Below, one piece after another: positions 28,058 to 36,437 of a DNA stretch of 64,000 nt. Both the position numbers and the translations under genes were made by a program. The DNA comes from an uncultured virus (IMG/VR IMGVR_UViG_2524614544_000001). Lineage: Duplodnaviria > Heunggongvirae > Uroviricota > Caudoviricetes. Each line of letters starts with the position of its first letter. Position 1 is the stretch's first letter. The DNA is taken from the IMG/VR virus record IMGVR_UViG_2524614544_000001, one strand, 5' to 3'. The notes beneath the pieces were generated by a model that saw nothing but the letters and a program-made list of their open reading frames with translations, searched no databases and was not told where the DNA came from.

Positions 28058-28264
28058 CTATGGCTGCTCGTCCAGCCACGACGTATCGAGCAGGTCGATC
28101 TCTGCCTGGAATGCCATGACGGTGGCGACGTGCTCCAGCTGCTCGTTGCTGGCGGATGGGAAGATGAAGAAGCGGGCTTTCCACGGGTGCGGCTCGACGA
28201 TGTCGCGTAGGTCCTGCATCTCGCCGACCTGTAGGCCGGGAAGACCGCCGGGCTTGAAGTCCAT
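28058..28264 (-). CDS. Small hypothetical protein
   Basis: 68-aa ORF with GC3 bias. Confidence 0.5.
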   Translation of the reverse strand: MDFKPGGLPGLQVGEMQDLRDIVEPHPWKARFFIFPSASNEQLEHVATVMAFQAEIDLLDTSWLDEQP

Positions 28265-28289
28265 CTCGTCAGCATGGCAGACGGCCCGC

Positions 28290-28311
28290 TGTCAGTGCCG
28301 CCGTTTAGGAT
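28290..28311 (+). promoter_or_regulatory. RecA-NDp/PafBC-type promoter
   Basis: TGTCAGTG-N8-TAGGAT, 6 nt before the GTG at 28318. Confidence 0.8.
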
Positions 28312-28317
28312 CCCGCC

Positions 28318-28548
28318 GTGGCGAAACCGAGTGAGAACCTGATCAACCTGTGCCGTGCGTCCATCGAGGCGCAGACCCTGGCCTTGTCCGAGCCGTACAC
28401 CAAAGAGGGCTGGGCGCCGTGGCTGGAGGCTGCAGAAGCGTTCCAGCAAGCCGTGACCGCCGAAGCCGAAGCGACCGGAGAAGACCGCGGGAAGCTGGAG
28501 CAGGCGGCGAAGAAGGCCGTCCTCCACCCCGATCCGGTCGAGGCCTGA
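28318..28548 (+). CDS. Small leaderless helical protein
   Basis: 76 aa, followed by a GC-rich hairpin. Confidence 0.75.
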   Translation: MAKPSENLINLCRASIEAQTLALSEPYTKEGWAPWLEAAEAFQQAVTAEAEATGEDRGKLEQAAKKAVLHPDPVEA

Positions 28549-28696
28549 AGCAGCCCCGCCCCCGTCCCGGTGCGCAGCCGGGGGCGGGGGCGGTGAGCAA
28601 TCCCCTTGTTCGCGGGCCGGGGCCCTAGGGGGTTGATGTCCTTCGAGTCTACGAGCCCGGTATGACAATCCGGGTGGGATCAGGCGGCGTGGCGAA

Positions 28697-28966
28697 CTAG
28701 CGGCTGGCCATGCTGCGGGACATGGCAAGCCCCGCTCGCATCGCGGCAGCGTGCACGTCCCCCGCCGCCCGGTTCAGAAACTCCGAGAACCCGAGCAGAG
28801 CAGTCGCCTGCTCCGTGACCATCGTCGACGGTCCGACAGATGGCTGGACGAAGAAGCTGTCCGGGAGGACGAACGGGCGCACCATCGGGATCGGGCCCAC
28901 CTCGTCAGCGTGCCGGCGGAGCTGGGCCAGGGCGCGGTCGGCGTTCGGGTACGGGCGGTGCGTCAC
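28697..28966 (-). CDS. Hypothetical protein (HRPYPNADRAL)
   Basis: GAGGAGG RBS before the GTG. Confidence 0.5.
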   Translation of the reverse strand: MTHRPYPNADRALAQLRRHADEVGPIPMVRPFVLPDSFFVQPSVGPSTMVTEQATALLGFSEFLNRAAGDVHAAAMRAGLAMSRSMASR

Positions 28967-29111
28967 GGTGTCCTCCTCGGGTGGGGCCGGAACTCCCCAG
29001 GCGACAGGCGAACCAGCACCTCGTCCGGGCGCGGCTGGTACGGCGGCAGCACGCCACCCTGGGCAGGGTCCGGGAAGCCGAGGCGGCGAAGAGCGGCCAG
29101 CAGGCGGCGGA

Positions 29112-29279
29112 TCACATCTGCCCTCGGTACAAGATATCCAGTTCGTCGTCGAGCTCGACCAAGTCGTCGTGGTAGGCGAACAGGACGGCGCTTCGGAACT
29201 TCTGAATGCCCTCGATGAACGAGGAGGTGTTCGTAGCGACGCGGACCAGCGGCTTCGGCTGCTCCTTGGGCTGTTCCAC
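29112..29279 (-). CDS. Small acidic hypothetical protein
   Basis: GAGGAGG RBS before the GTG. Confidence 0.45.
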   Translation of the reverse strand: MEQPKEQPKPLVRVATNTSSFIEGIQKFRSAVLFAYHDDLVELDDELDILYRGQM

Positions 29280-29386
29280 AGTTCCTCCTCGGGGTGCCTC
29301 CGCCGACGGGGGTGGCGGCGGAGGCGTCTCCAGTGTGGCAGGCGAGCACCGGGAAAGCGGGCGATACAGGATCTGGGCGCTGCGGA

Positions 29387-29407
29387 TAGACTCGAACATG
29401 TGAACGA
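29387..29407 (+). promoter_or_regulatory. -10 element with an overlapping LexA-like box
   Basis: TAGACT at 29387-29392 and TCGAAC-ATGT-GAACGA at 29392-29407, covering the GTG at 29400. Confidence 0.65.
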
Positions 29408-29732
29408 TCTACCGCCCGACCTGCCACGCCTCCGAACCCTGGAGACCTGGCTCGCCATGACCCTCGACAGGGTCCGGGCACAGATCGCAGCCGCCGAAAC
29501 GCGGGAAGCCGAGAAACGCCACGGCGAGGAACATCGGCCGCCCACACCCGACTGGATCGTCGAGCTCGGCATCGGCGTCGGAGCGCCACCATCCGAGGTC
29601 CACACCGGCGACTGCTACGCCGCAGGCAAAAGGCGGCGGATCATCGACCGCGACCAAGCCCGGCGGCTCCTCGCAGACGGAGTGCGGGCCTGCACCCACT
29701 GTCGGCCCGACAGCGAACTCCGGATGCCCTGA
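29400..29732 (+). CDS. DUF6233-like protein
   Basis: LPPDLPRLRTLETWL...VHTGDC...ACTHCRPDSEL. Confidence 0.75.
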   Translation: MNDLPPDLPRLRTLETWLAMTLDRVRAQIAAAETREAEKRHGEEHRPPTPDWIVELGIGVGAPPSEVHTGDCYAAGKRRRIIDRDQARRLLADGVRACTHCRPDSELRMP

Positions 29733-29758
29733 CCCCACAACCGGCGCACCCTGGACCT

Positions 29759-29965
29759 ATGGCCCCGATCGTCATCCACCGCCCCTCCCCCACCGGCGGC
29801 CGGCGCGTCACCATCCGCGGCCACATCACCGGACTCGCCATGGACGATGCCGACGTCGTCGAGTTCCTCCGCAGAGCCGGGCTCCCCGACGCCGAGCAGC
29901 TGCTCGACCAGCCCGAGTGGGTGGAATGGCGAGGCGGGAGAGCGCACCGCTACGAAGCGGCGTAA
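29759..29965 (+). CDS. Small hypothetical protein
   Basis: PIVIHRPSPTGGRRV...EFLRRAGL...WVEWRGG. Confidence 0.75.
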   Translation: MAPIVIHRPSPTGGRRVTIRGHITGLAMDDADVVEFLRRAGLPDAEQLLDQPEWVEWRGGRAHRYEAA

Positions 29966-29979
29966 GAGCCGCCTAACGC

Positions 29980-30264
29980 CTACTTCTGAAACTCGTCGGC
30001 CGCCAGATGGCCGATCTGGAAGATGGCCAACAAGCGGTCACGCTGGCTTTCGGTGATCATGCCCGTGGCTGCCGCTCCATTGAGCAGAAGCGTCATCACG
30101 TCGACGGCAACGTGCAGCGAGGCTGCTGTGCGCTCGTCGGTCAGGCTCTGCTTCTGCTGCACATAAACGGCTTCCCAAAGCTCGATCATGCGCAGCCGGC
30201 CCTCGGCCTGCTCCATCTTGTCGAAGATCGACACCACGTTGTCTGGCGCGTCATCGTCGCTCAT
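29980..30264 (-). CDS. Hypothetical protein
   Basis: GGAGGG RBS; 94 aa. Confidence 0.6.
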   Translation of the reverse strand: MSDDDAPDNVVSIFDKMEQAEGRLRMIELWEAVYVQQKQSLTDERTAASLHVAVDVMTLLLNGAAATGMITESQRDRLLAIFQIGHLAADEFQK

Positions 30265-30472
30265 GCAGCAGCCCCTCCGAAGGCGCGTATGGACAGCCGC
30301 CTGGCCTCCCGTGGGGAGGCCGGGAGGGGCGGCAGGCCCCGCCCGAAGGGGGTCCAAACGGGCAGGGCCTGAACGGGGAACCGCCTGGGGGGCAAGCTCC
30401 GGCCGTGCGATAACGATGCACCCGAAACCGGCCACAAGGAAGAGGTGTGACCGAAAACAGGTGGCCAGGTGC

Positions 30473-30811
30473 CTAGTGCAGACCCCTGCGATGCGCCTCC
30501 CGGCGAATCCATGCGGCATGCGCGCCGGCCCTTACCGCTCGCTCTCGCGCCTCACCCACAAGATGCGCCGGAATCGGGCTGGGCTCGCCGTTCGGCTCCA
30601 GCAGTAGATCCGCCTTGCGTGTGAGCGGGAGTTGGTCGGCGCTGGCGTAGCAGTCTGACCAGCTGATCGAGTGCCCCGACGGCGGGCAAGCCCAGTCCGC
30701 ATGGACAGTGGCAAGCAGGTTGTGGGCTTCCTCGCCGCCGAAGTCGGTCTCGTGCGGCTCAGGCAGCAGCCGGCCGATGAACTTGGCGGCGTTGACGCGG
30801 CCAATGGGCAT
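30473..30811 (-). CDS. Hypothetical protein
   Basis: GGAGGA RBS before the ATG. Confidence 0.6.
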   Translation of the reverse strand: MPIGRVNAAKFIGRLLPEPHETDFGGEEAHNLLATVHADWACPPSGHSISWSDCYASADQLPLTRKADLLLEPNGEPSPIPAHLVGEARERAVRAGAHAAWIRREAHRRGLH

Positions 30812-30872
30812 GAGTCCTCCAAGACTCATTGCGGTCTCACTACGACCGCGGTAGGCCCCGCGCCTGACAAAG

Positions 30873-30894
30873 ACCATACGCCACGCCTCTGACA
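30873..30894 (-). promoter_or_regulatory. RecA-NDp/PafBC-type promoter
   Basis: Minus strand TGTCAGAG-N8-TATGGT upstream of the ORF starting at 30811. Confidence 0.6.
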
Positions 30895-30939
30895 GGCACC
30901 CCCCAGTCGCCCACTGCGACTGGGGGGTGCCAGCCTCAG

Positions 30940-31365
30940 TCAATCCAGGTCGCCGCGCCGCACCACGTAGTGCCGCTCGACGCGCCCAACGGGGCCGACA
31001 AGCGTCTCCTCGCCGACTAGCTGCCAGTCCGCCCAGTAGGTCCCTCCACCATGCCGCTCACCGCGGCAAGAGCAGGTGCAGTCATCGCCCGTTGCCGATT
31101 GGCAGCGCCGGTCGCAACGCTCGGTCGTAGAGAACTCAAGGTAGACATGAACCTCTCCGAACCGATCCACCAAGGCCTTGACCAGTGTCCTGAGGTGCTT
31201 CCTCGCGATCTCCCACCGACCTGGACGGGCCGTCCTGTTGTTCCAGTCAGGATGGATGCGGTCGCCCAGTTCGTTACGCAACCAGGCCCGATTGGCGTCT
31301 CCATATGCCATCCGCATCCAGAGGCGCGTCTCGTCGTACTTGCGGCGCACCCAGGGTTCTTTCAC
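30940..31365 (-). CDS. Hypothetical protein with a Cys cluster (CDRRC...CTCSCRGERHG)
   Basis: GGAGGA upstream; 141 aa. Confidence 0.65.
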   Translation of the reverse strand: MKEPWVRRKYDETRLWMRMAYGDANRAWLRNELGDRIHPDWNNRTARPGRWEIARKHLRTLVKALVDRFGEVHVYLEFSTTERCDRRCQSATGDDCTCSCRGERHGGGTYWADWQLVGEETLVGPVGRVERHYVVRRGDLD

Positions 31366-31451
31366 AGCCCGATGTCCTCCGATGCGGGGTCAGCTCGTCA
31401 GTCAGCCTCGCGAATGTACCCCCGGCCGGGGTTCACCCGGAGGGGTTCTCG

Positions 31452-32039
31452 TCACCGGACCTCCTTCTTGCGAGCATTGTTGCCAGACCGGTTGAGGTGG
31501 CCGTAGACCGTGGTGCGCGGCACACCAAACAGGTCAGCGATCTCCTGCACGGTCTTCTCGCGCTTGTCGTACAACTCTTGCGCTAGGGCCCGTTGCTGAT
31601 CCGTCAGCTTGGGGCGCCGCCCGCCCACGCGCCCTCGGGCCCGTGCCGCAGCAAGGCCATCCATGGTGTTCGCCAGGATCAGTTCCCGTTGCAGCTCGGC
31701 CATGACGCCGAGCATCCCGAACATGGCACGCCCCTCGGGGGTCGACGTGTCGATGCCCTGTTCGATGATGTGGAGCCCTACGCCTCGCTCCTTCAGTTCA
31801 GAGCCGAGAGTCACGAGGTGCAGCAGTGATCGAGAGATGCGGTCCAGGCGCGTGGCCTTGAGCGTGTCCCCTTCTCTCAGCCGCCTCAGAAGGATGTCGA
31901 ACTCGGGTCGCGACGCCTTGGCGCCGCTGGCGTAGTCGATGTGGATGTTCTTCTCGTCAACGCCGGCGCGCAGGAGAGCGTCGATCTGGTGATCCGGGTT
32001 CTGGTCGGCCGTGGAGACACGGGCGTATCCGAAGTCCAT
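31452..32039 (-). CDS. Small serine recombinase (resolvase/invertase family)
   Basis: GYARVST, RLDRISRS, GRVGGRRP and a C-terminal HTH. Confidence 0.95.
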   Translation of the reverse strand: MDFGYARVSTADQNPDHQIDALLRAGVDEKNIHIDYASGAKASRPEFDILLRRLREGDTLKATRLDRISRSLLHLVTLGSELKERGVGLHIIEQGIDTSTPEGRAMFGMLGVMAELQRELILANTMDGLAAARARGRVGGRRPKLTDQQRALAQELYDKREKTVQEIADLFGVPRTTVYGHLNRSGNNARKKEVR

Positions 32040-32040
32040 G

Positions 32041-32161
32041 CCGACAACTGTACACCCGTAGGGTTATCCGTCATAGATTTTCGACGCGAGTTATCGACAC
32101 TAGCTTCCTGCGGCGATAGGCTCGCCGACAAGATGACGACAGACGGTGGTTTTTCGTCATC
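32041..32161. promoter_or_regulatory. Putative res site
   Basis: AT-richer segment upstream of the resolvase with imperfect inverted repeats (ATGACGA...TCGTCAT). Confidence 0.5.
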
Positions 32162-32181
32162 CCCGGACATGGGAGGGCCCG

Positions 32182-32436
32182 ATGGCTTACAACTCAGAAA
32201 CGCTGCATGCGGCGGCCAACCGCAGCGGCATCCCCTTTGACTACCTCGCACGCCTTCAGGCAGCCGAGGCATTCGACCTGGACGACCCCGACGGCAACAA
32301 CGTGCTGGAGAAGCAGATGACCGTCATCTTCGATCACCACCTGGCGAAGCTTCTCTCTTCGTCAGACCCCGTCGCGGCGTTACGAAGTGCGGGCTTCACG
32401 GAAGCGGCTGACGCACTAGTCGCCCATGACGCGTGA
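32182..32436 (+). CDS. Hypothetical protein with a TTA codon
   Basis: GGGAGG RBS; TTA at 32380-32382. Confidence 0.65.
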   Translation: MAYNSETLHAAANRSGIPFDYLARLQAAEAFDLDDPDGNNVLEKQMTVIFDHHLAKLLSSSDPVAALRSAGFTEAADALVAHDA

Positions 32437-32458
32437 GACTTGCCTACCGAACGCGCCT

Positions 32459-32488
32459 GCGCCCCGCCCTCGGATGAGGGCGGGGCGC
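32459..32488. terminator. Hairpin, copy 1
   Basis: GCGCCCCGCCCTC-GGAT-GAGGGCGGGGCGC. Confidence 0.7.
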
Positions 32489-32491
32489 GTC

Positions 32492-32513
32492 TGTCAGTGC
32501 CCGCCGTTAGAGT
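32492..32513 (+). promoter_or_regulatory. RecA-NDp/PafBC-type promoter
   Basis: TGTCAGTG-N8-TAGAGT, 8 nt before the ATG at 32522. Confidence 0.75.
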
Positions 32514-32521
32514 CCCGGCGC

Positions 32522-33130
32522 ATGAGCATCCCCTGGGGCGACATCGCCACCTTCAGCACGGCCGGCCTGAGTGCGGTTGCCGCCGCCGGCGCCTGGTTCG
32601 CCGCGCACCGCGCCAACCGGACGGCCGATACGGTCGCCCGCATCGAGGAGCAGCGGTGGCATGCCGAGCTCACGCCCCAGTTCTCGTTCGAACTCATGGA
32701 GACGGGGAACGGCCAGGCCCTGCTCGACGTGCATCTGGAAGGCCCTGACTTCTTGGGCCACCTGGACAGCATCTCGATAGCCGTCGGCAACGACGATAGG
32801 GGCCATCCGGTTCTCAATGCCGGCGTCGACGTCACCCAGGAGGAGGTCGACGCGTTCGTGTGGGGGCCGTACAGGTTCAGCCCTCATGCCGACGGGGCCG
32901 ATGAGCATGGCCGCAGCCCGGAGCCCTTCGACCTGGCGGTGGGAACTGGGACGCGGCGGGCGATGCAGCGAACCCGCCCCGGTCACTGGATGGAAGGTAA
33001 GACGCCGGGCACGTGGCAGGGCGAGTACGTCGGCAAGCCGATCCGGCTCAAGCTGACCTGCCGGCGCGGGGACGAGGAGTGGGTCATCACCCGGCACCTG
33101 GAGAACCCTCTCTACGAAGCCGATGCCTGA
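32522..33130 (+). CDS. Single-pass membrane protein (moron)
   Basis: N-terminal hydrophobic helix followed by a beta-rich domain. Confidence 0.75.
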   Translation: MSIPWGDIATFSTAGLSAVAAAGAWFAAHRANRTADTVARIEEQRWHAELTPQFSFELMETGNGQALLDVHLEGPDFLGHLDSISIAVGNDDRGHPVLNAGVDVTQEEVDAFVWGPYRFSPHADGADEHGRSPEPFDLAVGTGTRRAMQRTRPGHWMEGKTPGTWQGEYVGKPIRLKLTCRRGDEEWVITRHLENPLYEADA

Positions 33131-33146
33131 CCATGCACATAGCAAG

Positions 33147-33176
33147 GCGCCCCGCCCTCCATAGAGGGCGGGGCGC
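33147..33176. terminator. Hairpin, copy 2 (between convergent genes)
   Basis: GCGCCCCGCCCTC-CATA-GAGGGCGGGGCGC. Confidence 0.7.
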
Positions 33177-33225
33177 CATCATGTCGCGGCCGGCTTCGAG
33201 GAGCGGGGTCATCCAGCAGTCGCCG

Positions 33226-33546
33226 TCACTTGCCGGGTTCGCGGGTGCGTCGGCGCTGAGCGCGCAGCACCATCCGGGTGGCCTGCATGAACAGCCCGGC
33301 CACGGTGAGCAGGAGCGCCGTCCGGATGAAGCGAAGGACGCTCGCTGCGGTGCCGTCTAGGCCGACCGCGGTGATGAGGACGGTGTAGAGGCCGAGGCCG
33401 CCGATGGTTGCGGCGAATGTCATCAGGAACCAGCCGGTGGGGGTGCTGCGCCAGGGCGCGACTCGCCAGTACGTGGTGACGAACACTGCGGCGCAGGCTG
33501 CGACGAGCCCGGAGCCGGTGAGGTTGGCGAGCTGGGCGGGGCTCAT
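33226..33546 (-). CDS. Holin-like membrane protein
   Basis: Three hydrophobic segments; last gene of the lysis cassette. Confidence 0.65.
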   Translation of the reverse strand: MSPAQLANLTGSGLVAACAAVFVTTYWRVAPWRSTPTGWFLMTFAATIGGLGLYTVLITAVGLDGTAASVLRFIRTALLLTVAGLFMQATRMVLRAQRRRTREPGK

Positions 33547-33758
33547 TGACTGCCCCCTTCTATTGCTGCGCGGAACATTTCCGCGAAGTGGTTCCGTTCG
33601 CGGACTGCCCGGAGTCGTGCGGCGGCGCGTCGCACTTCGGGGCGGCGCTGTTCGGCGTCGCGCCTGTCGGACTCGGCGCGTTGTAGGGCGTGGGAGGCGG
33701 CCTGCTGGCCGGGGGTTGCGGGCCGGTTACGTCGGCGGCGCAGTGTCCAGCGACTCAT
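33543..33758 (-). CDS. Lysis-cassette small protein
   Basis: RERNHFAE motif; coupled ORF. Confidence 0.65.
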   Translation of the reverse strand: MSRWTLRRRRNRPATPGQQAASHALQRAESDRRDAEQRRPEVRRAAARLRAVRERNHFAEMFRAAIEGGSQ

Positions 33759-34035
33759 GGGCCTTCACCTCCTCCCCGCGGATGGGGTGGGGCAGGGCTG
33801 TGAGGACCCGGTCTGCGGTGCGGGAGAGTTCGAGGAGTTCGCTGACTTGTTCGCGTTCGAGTCTGCGGGCTTCCTCGGATGTTGTGTGGGCGCTTCTCCA
33901 GGTGTTGCGTTCTTCAAGGAGGTCGTCGTAGGTGCGTCTCGGTACGAGGCGCCCGGTGAGGACCATGAGGACTACGAGGGTGAGGAGGGCGACCGCCCCG
34001 CCCTGCGCTATGTCGATTCCCAGCAGCTCTGGCAC
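33727..34035 (-). CDS. Lysis-cassette membrane protein
   Basis: Transmembrane segment, GRLVP and coiled coil. Confidence 0.7.
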   Translation of the reverse strand: MPELLGIDIAQGGAVALLTLVVLMVLTGRLVPRRTYDDLLEERNTWRSAHTTSEEARRLEREQVSELLELSRTADRVLTALPHPIRGEEVKAHESLDTAPPT

Positions 34036-34054
34036 GTGTCGCCCCCCTCTGTGT

Positions 34055-34438
34055 TCAGGTGCCTGCGGGTGTGGAGCCCTTGACCGGGCTGGTCTGCTCG
34101 ATCGGGGTGATGGGGACGGGGGCGGTGACCTCCCGGTGCTCCCAGAGGGCGACGGCGCCGGCGATGACGGCCATCCATCCAGCCTGTTCCTGGGCGGTCA
34201 TGTTGAGGCCGAAGCCGAGGAAGAGGGCGAGGGCGGCTTGGGCGAAGTTCACGATGGCTGCGCCGACGGCTCCGGTGTGGAGGACGATCGCGGAGGCGAT
34301 GGCGACGGCGCAGGCGAGTGCGGTGTTGATGAGGGTTTGGTGCTGGTCGGAGACGTCGAGGCCGTAGGCGGCACCGAGCTTCAGGACGATGGCGATGAAG
34401 GCGAGGATGTAGACGGGCTCGCGGCCGAAGATACGCAT
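34055..34438 (-). CDS. Holin
   Basis: IFGREP start and multiple transmembrane segments, directly after the endolysin. Confidence 0.75.
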   Translation of the reverse strand: MRIFGREPVYILAFIAIVLKLGAAYGLDVSDQHQTLINTALACAVAIASAIVLHTGAVGAAIVNFAQAALALFLGFGLNMTAQEQAGWMAVIAGAVALWEHREVTAPVPITPIEQTSPVKGSTPAGT

Positions 34439-34447
34439 GGCCTTCTC

Positions 34448-35260
34448 CTACTTGGCGAGGCGGGCGGCGAGGAGGTCCGCGACCCGGTTGGCGAGGGCGT
34501 CGAGGTCGATTCCGCCTACGGAGACGGCGTCGACCTTCTTGACGAGGGCGGTGACCTGCTTGGTGAGGGCGTCGAGCTTCGCCTCGTTCTTCCGCCCGGT
34601 GAGCACGGCTTCCCCGAGGGCGTAGGACGCCTTCCACTGCTTGTTCTTGTCGTAGTCCTTGTTGTTGTACGGCGGGGCGGCGGCCGGGATGACGTCGGCT
34701 TTCCAGACGTCGGCAGCGGTGGGCATGTCGTCCTCCTTCGTGGGGGCGGTGGTCGGGTTCTTCCAGTTGGGGTCGGCGGACTTGATGCCGCCGGGGTAGG
34801 CCGGGTAGCCGTAGCCGTACACGTAGGAGTCGCGGCGCTTCCGGGTCTTGCGGTACACGCCGTCACCCTCGGCTGAGCCGGACGTGTTGGTGTTGCCCTC
34901 GATGGTCGTGATCGTGTCCGCGTCGTAGTCGATGACGATCCCGGTGTGCGAGCCGCCGCCGGGGCCGAACATGACCTGGGCGCCGATCGCGGGGTACTCG
35001 GACCAGCGACCCTGCTGCTTCCACCAGTTGGTCGCGGTCAGGCATGACGCGGTGACCGGGTACGTGCCCTTCGGGAGTCCGGCCTCCTGGAACGTCCAGG
35101 ATGTGAAGGTGCAGCACCACGCCTGGTAGTCGGACCACTCCAGGCCCGGGACCTGTGACGAGTACTTCTGCTTGTTGTTCCAGTGGCCACCGCTGAACCC
35201 CTCGCGGTAGCCGACTTCGCCGTTGAGGACGCGGGTTACGTCGGCGGCGGTACCGGTCAT
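34448..35260 (-). CDS. Endolysin, CHAP domain
   Basis: AWCCTF, SHTGIV and TIEGNT motifs. Confidence 0.9.
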   Translation of the reverse strand: MTGTAADVTRVLNGEVGYREGFSGGHWNNKQKYSSQVPGLEWSDYQAWCCTFTSWTFQEAGLPKGTYPVTASCLTATNWWKQQGRWSEYPAIGAQVMFGPGGGSHTGIVIDYDADTITTIEGNTNTSGSAEGDGVYRKTRKRRDSYVYGYGYPAYPGGIKSADPNWKNPTTAPTKEDDMPTAADVWKADVIPAAAPPYNNKDYDKNKQWKASYALGEAVLTGRKNEAKLDALTKQVTALVKKVDAVSVGGIDLDALANRVADLLAARLAK

Positions 35261-35306
35261 GGGTACTCCCTTGTGGGTGTGAGAGCGGACCTCACACGGT
35301 GATTGA

Positions 35307-35353
35307 CCTTTGAATCATAGGCTCTAGGTTCGCATATGCCTACGATTCCAAGG
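35307..35353. promoter_or_regulatory. Pair of palindromic operators in a divergent promoter region
   Basis: CCTTTGAATCATAGG at 35307-35321 and CCTACGATTCCAAGG at 35339-35353. Confidence 0.65.
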
Positions 35354-35472
35354 CGTCAAGGGTTATCCTGTGCCCGGGTCGTTGCTTCACCGCGTCGCGG
35401 CCCCTGCGGCTGGCCCGGCCGTGCGGGTCTAGGCCAGCCGCCCAACCCGCACCCACCCGCACCGGAGGCGAC

Positions 35473-36030
35473 ATGCCTGCTATCGACTACGACCTTGAGT
35501 TCCTGGAAGACGGCCGCACCATCGAGCTGATCTCCATCGGGATGGTCTGCGACGACGGACGCGAGTACTACGCCGTCAGCAGGGACATGCCGGTGCGGAA
35601 GATTCGAAAGCGCAAGTGGCTGATGGAGAACGTCGTGCCGGGCCTGCCGAAGGGGGCGGGCGACCGGCGTAACCACGTGCCGAGGTCCTGGCTGTTCGAC
35701 TACGCCGACCCGGCCGTGAAGCGGCGCGAGCGGATCGCCGACGACGTCATGGACTTCATCCGCGCATCCGGACCCGACGTCGAACTGTGGGCAAACTACG
35801 GCGCCTACGACCACGTCTGTCTCGCCCAACTCTGGGGCCGCATGATCGACTTGCCCGAGGGTGTGCCGATGTTCACCAACGACATCCAGCAGGAAGCCCG
35901 ACGCCTCGGCTTTGGCTGGGACGACCTGCCCAAGCAGGAAACGGGCGAGCACAACGCACTGGCCGACGCCCGCCACAACCAGACCGTGCGCCGCTGGCTC
36001 GCGCAGCAGGCGTGGAGGGGTGCGTCGTGA
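35473..36030 (+). CDS. DEDD 3'-5' exoribonuclease (RNase AS/Rv2179c-like)
   Basis: YDLEFLEDG, LISIG, YGAYDHV and HNALADA motifs. Confidence 0.88.
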   Translation: MPAIDYDLEFLEDGRTIELISIGMVCDDGREYYAVSRDMPVRKIRKRKWLMENVVPGLPKGAGDRRNHVPRSWLFDYADPAVKRRERIADDVMDFIRASGPDVELWANYGAYDHVCLAQLWGRMIDLPEGVPMFTNDIQQEARRLGFGWDDLPKQETGEHNALADARHNQTVRRWLAQQAWRGAS

Positions 36031-36437
36031 GCGCCGCCGAGCAGGTGGCTGCGAACGTGAGACTGCTCCGCACCCGGCGAGGCTGGACACAGGACCAGCT
36101 GGCCGACCGAATGGGCCACAAGTCCCCGCAGGTCGTGTGGAGCACCGAGGTCGGCCGGCGGCGGATCACGGTCAACGACCTGGTCGAGTACGCCGCAGCG
36201 TTCGGCGTAACCCCGGAACGCCTGATGTCCGAGGACCCGGAAACCGGTGGTGCCAGCAGTGTCCCCATGTACGAGGTGACGGTCGACAGTGGCCTCGCCC
36301 AGACGTTCGCCGCCAACCATGTGGACCTGGGCGAGACGTGGACGTCGTTCTTTCTGAACGGGACTCCGGTGTTCTCCGTCCCGACCGCCCGCGTCCTCGG
36401 TGCGCGGCTGATCCGAAGGGAGGCCACTGATGCCTGA
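36027..36437 (+). CDS. XRE HTH protein
   Basis: NVRLLRTRRGWTQDQLADRMG. Confidence 0.8.
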   Translation: MSAAEQVAANVRLLRTRRGWTQDQLADRMGHKSPQVVWSTEVGRRRITVNDLVEYAAAFGVTPERLMSEDPETGGASSVPMYEVTVDSGLAQTFAANHVDLGETWTSFFLNGTPVFSVPTARVLGARLIRREATDA

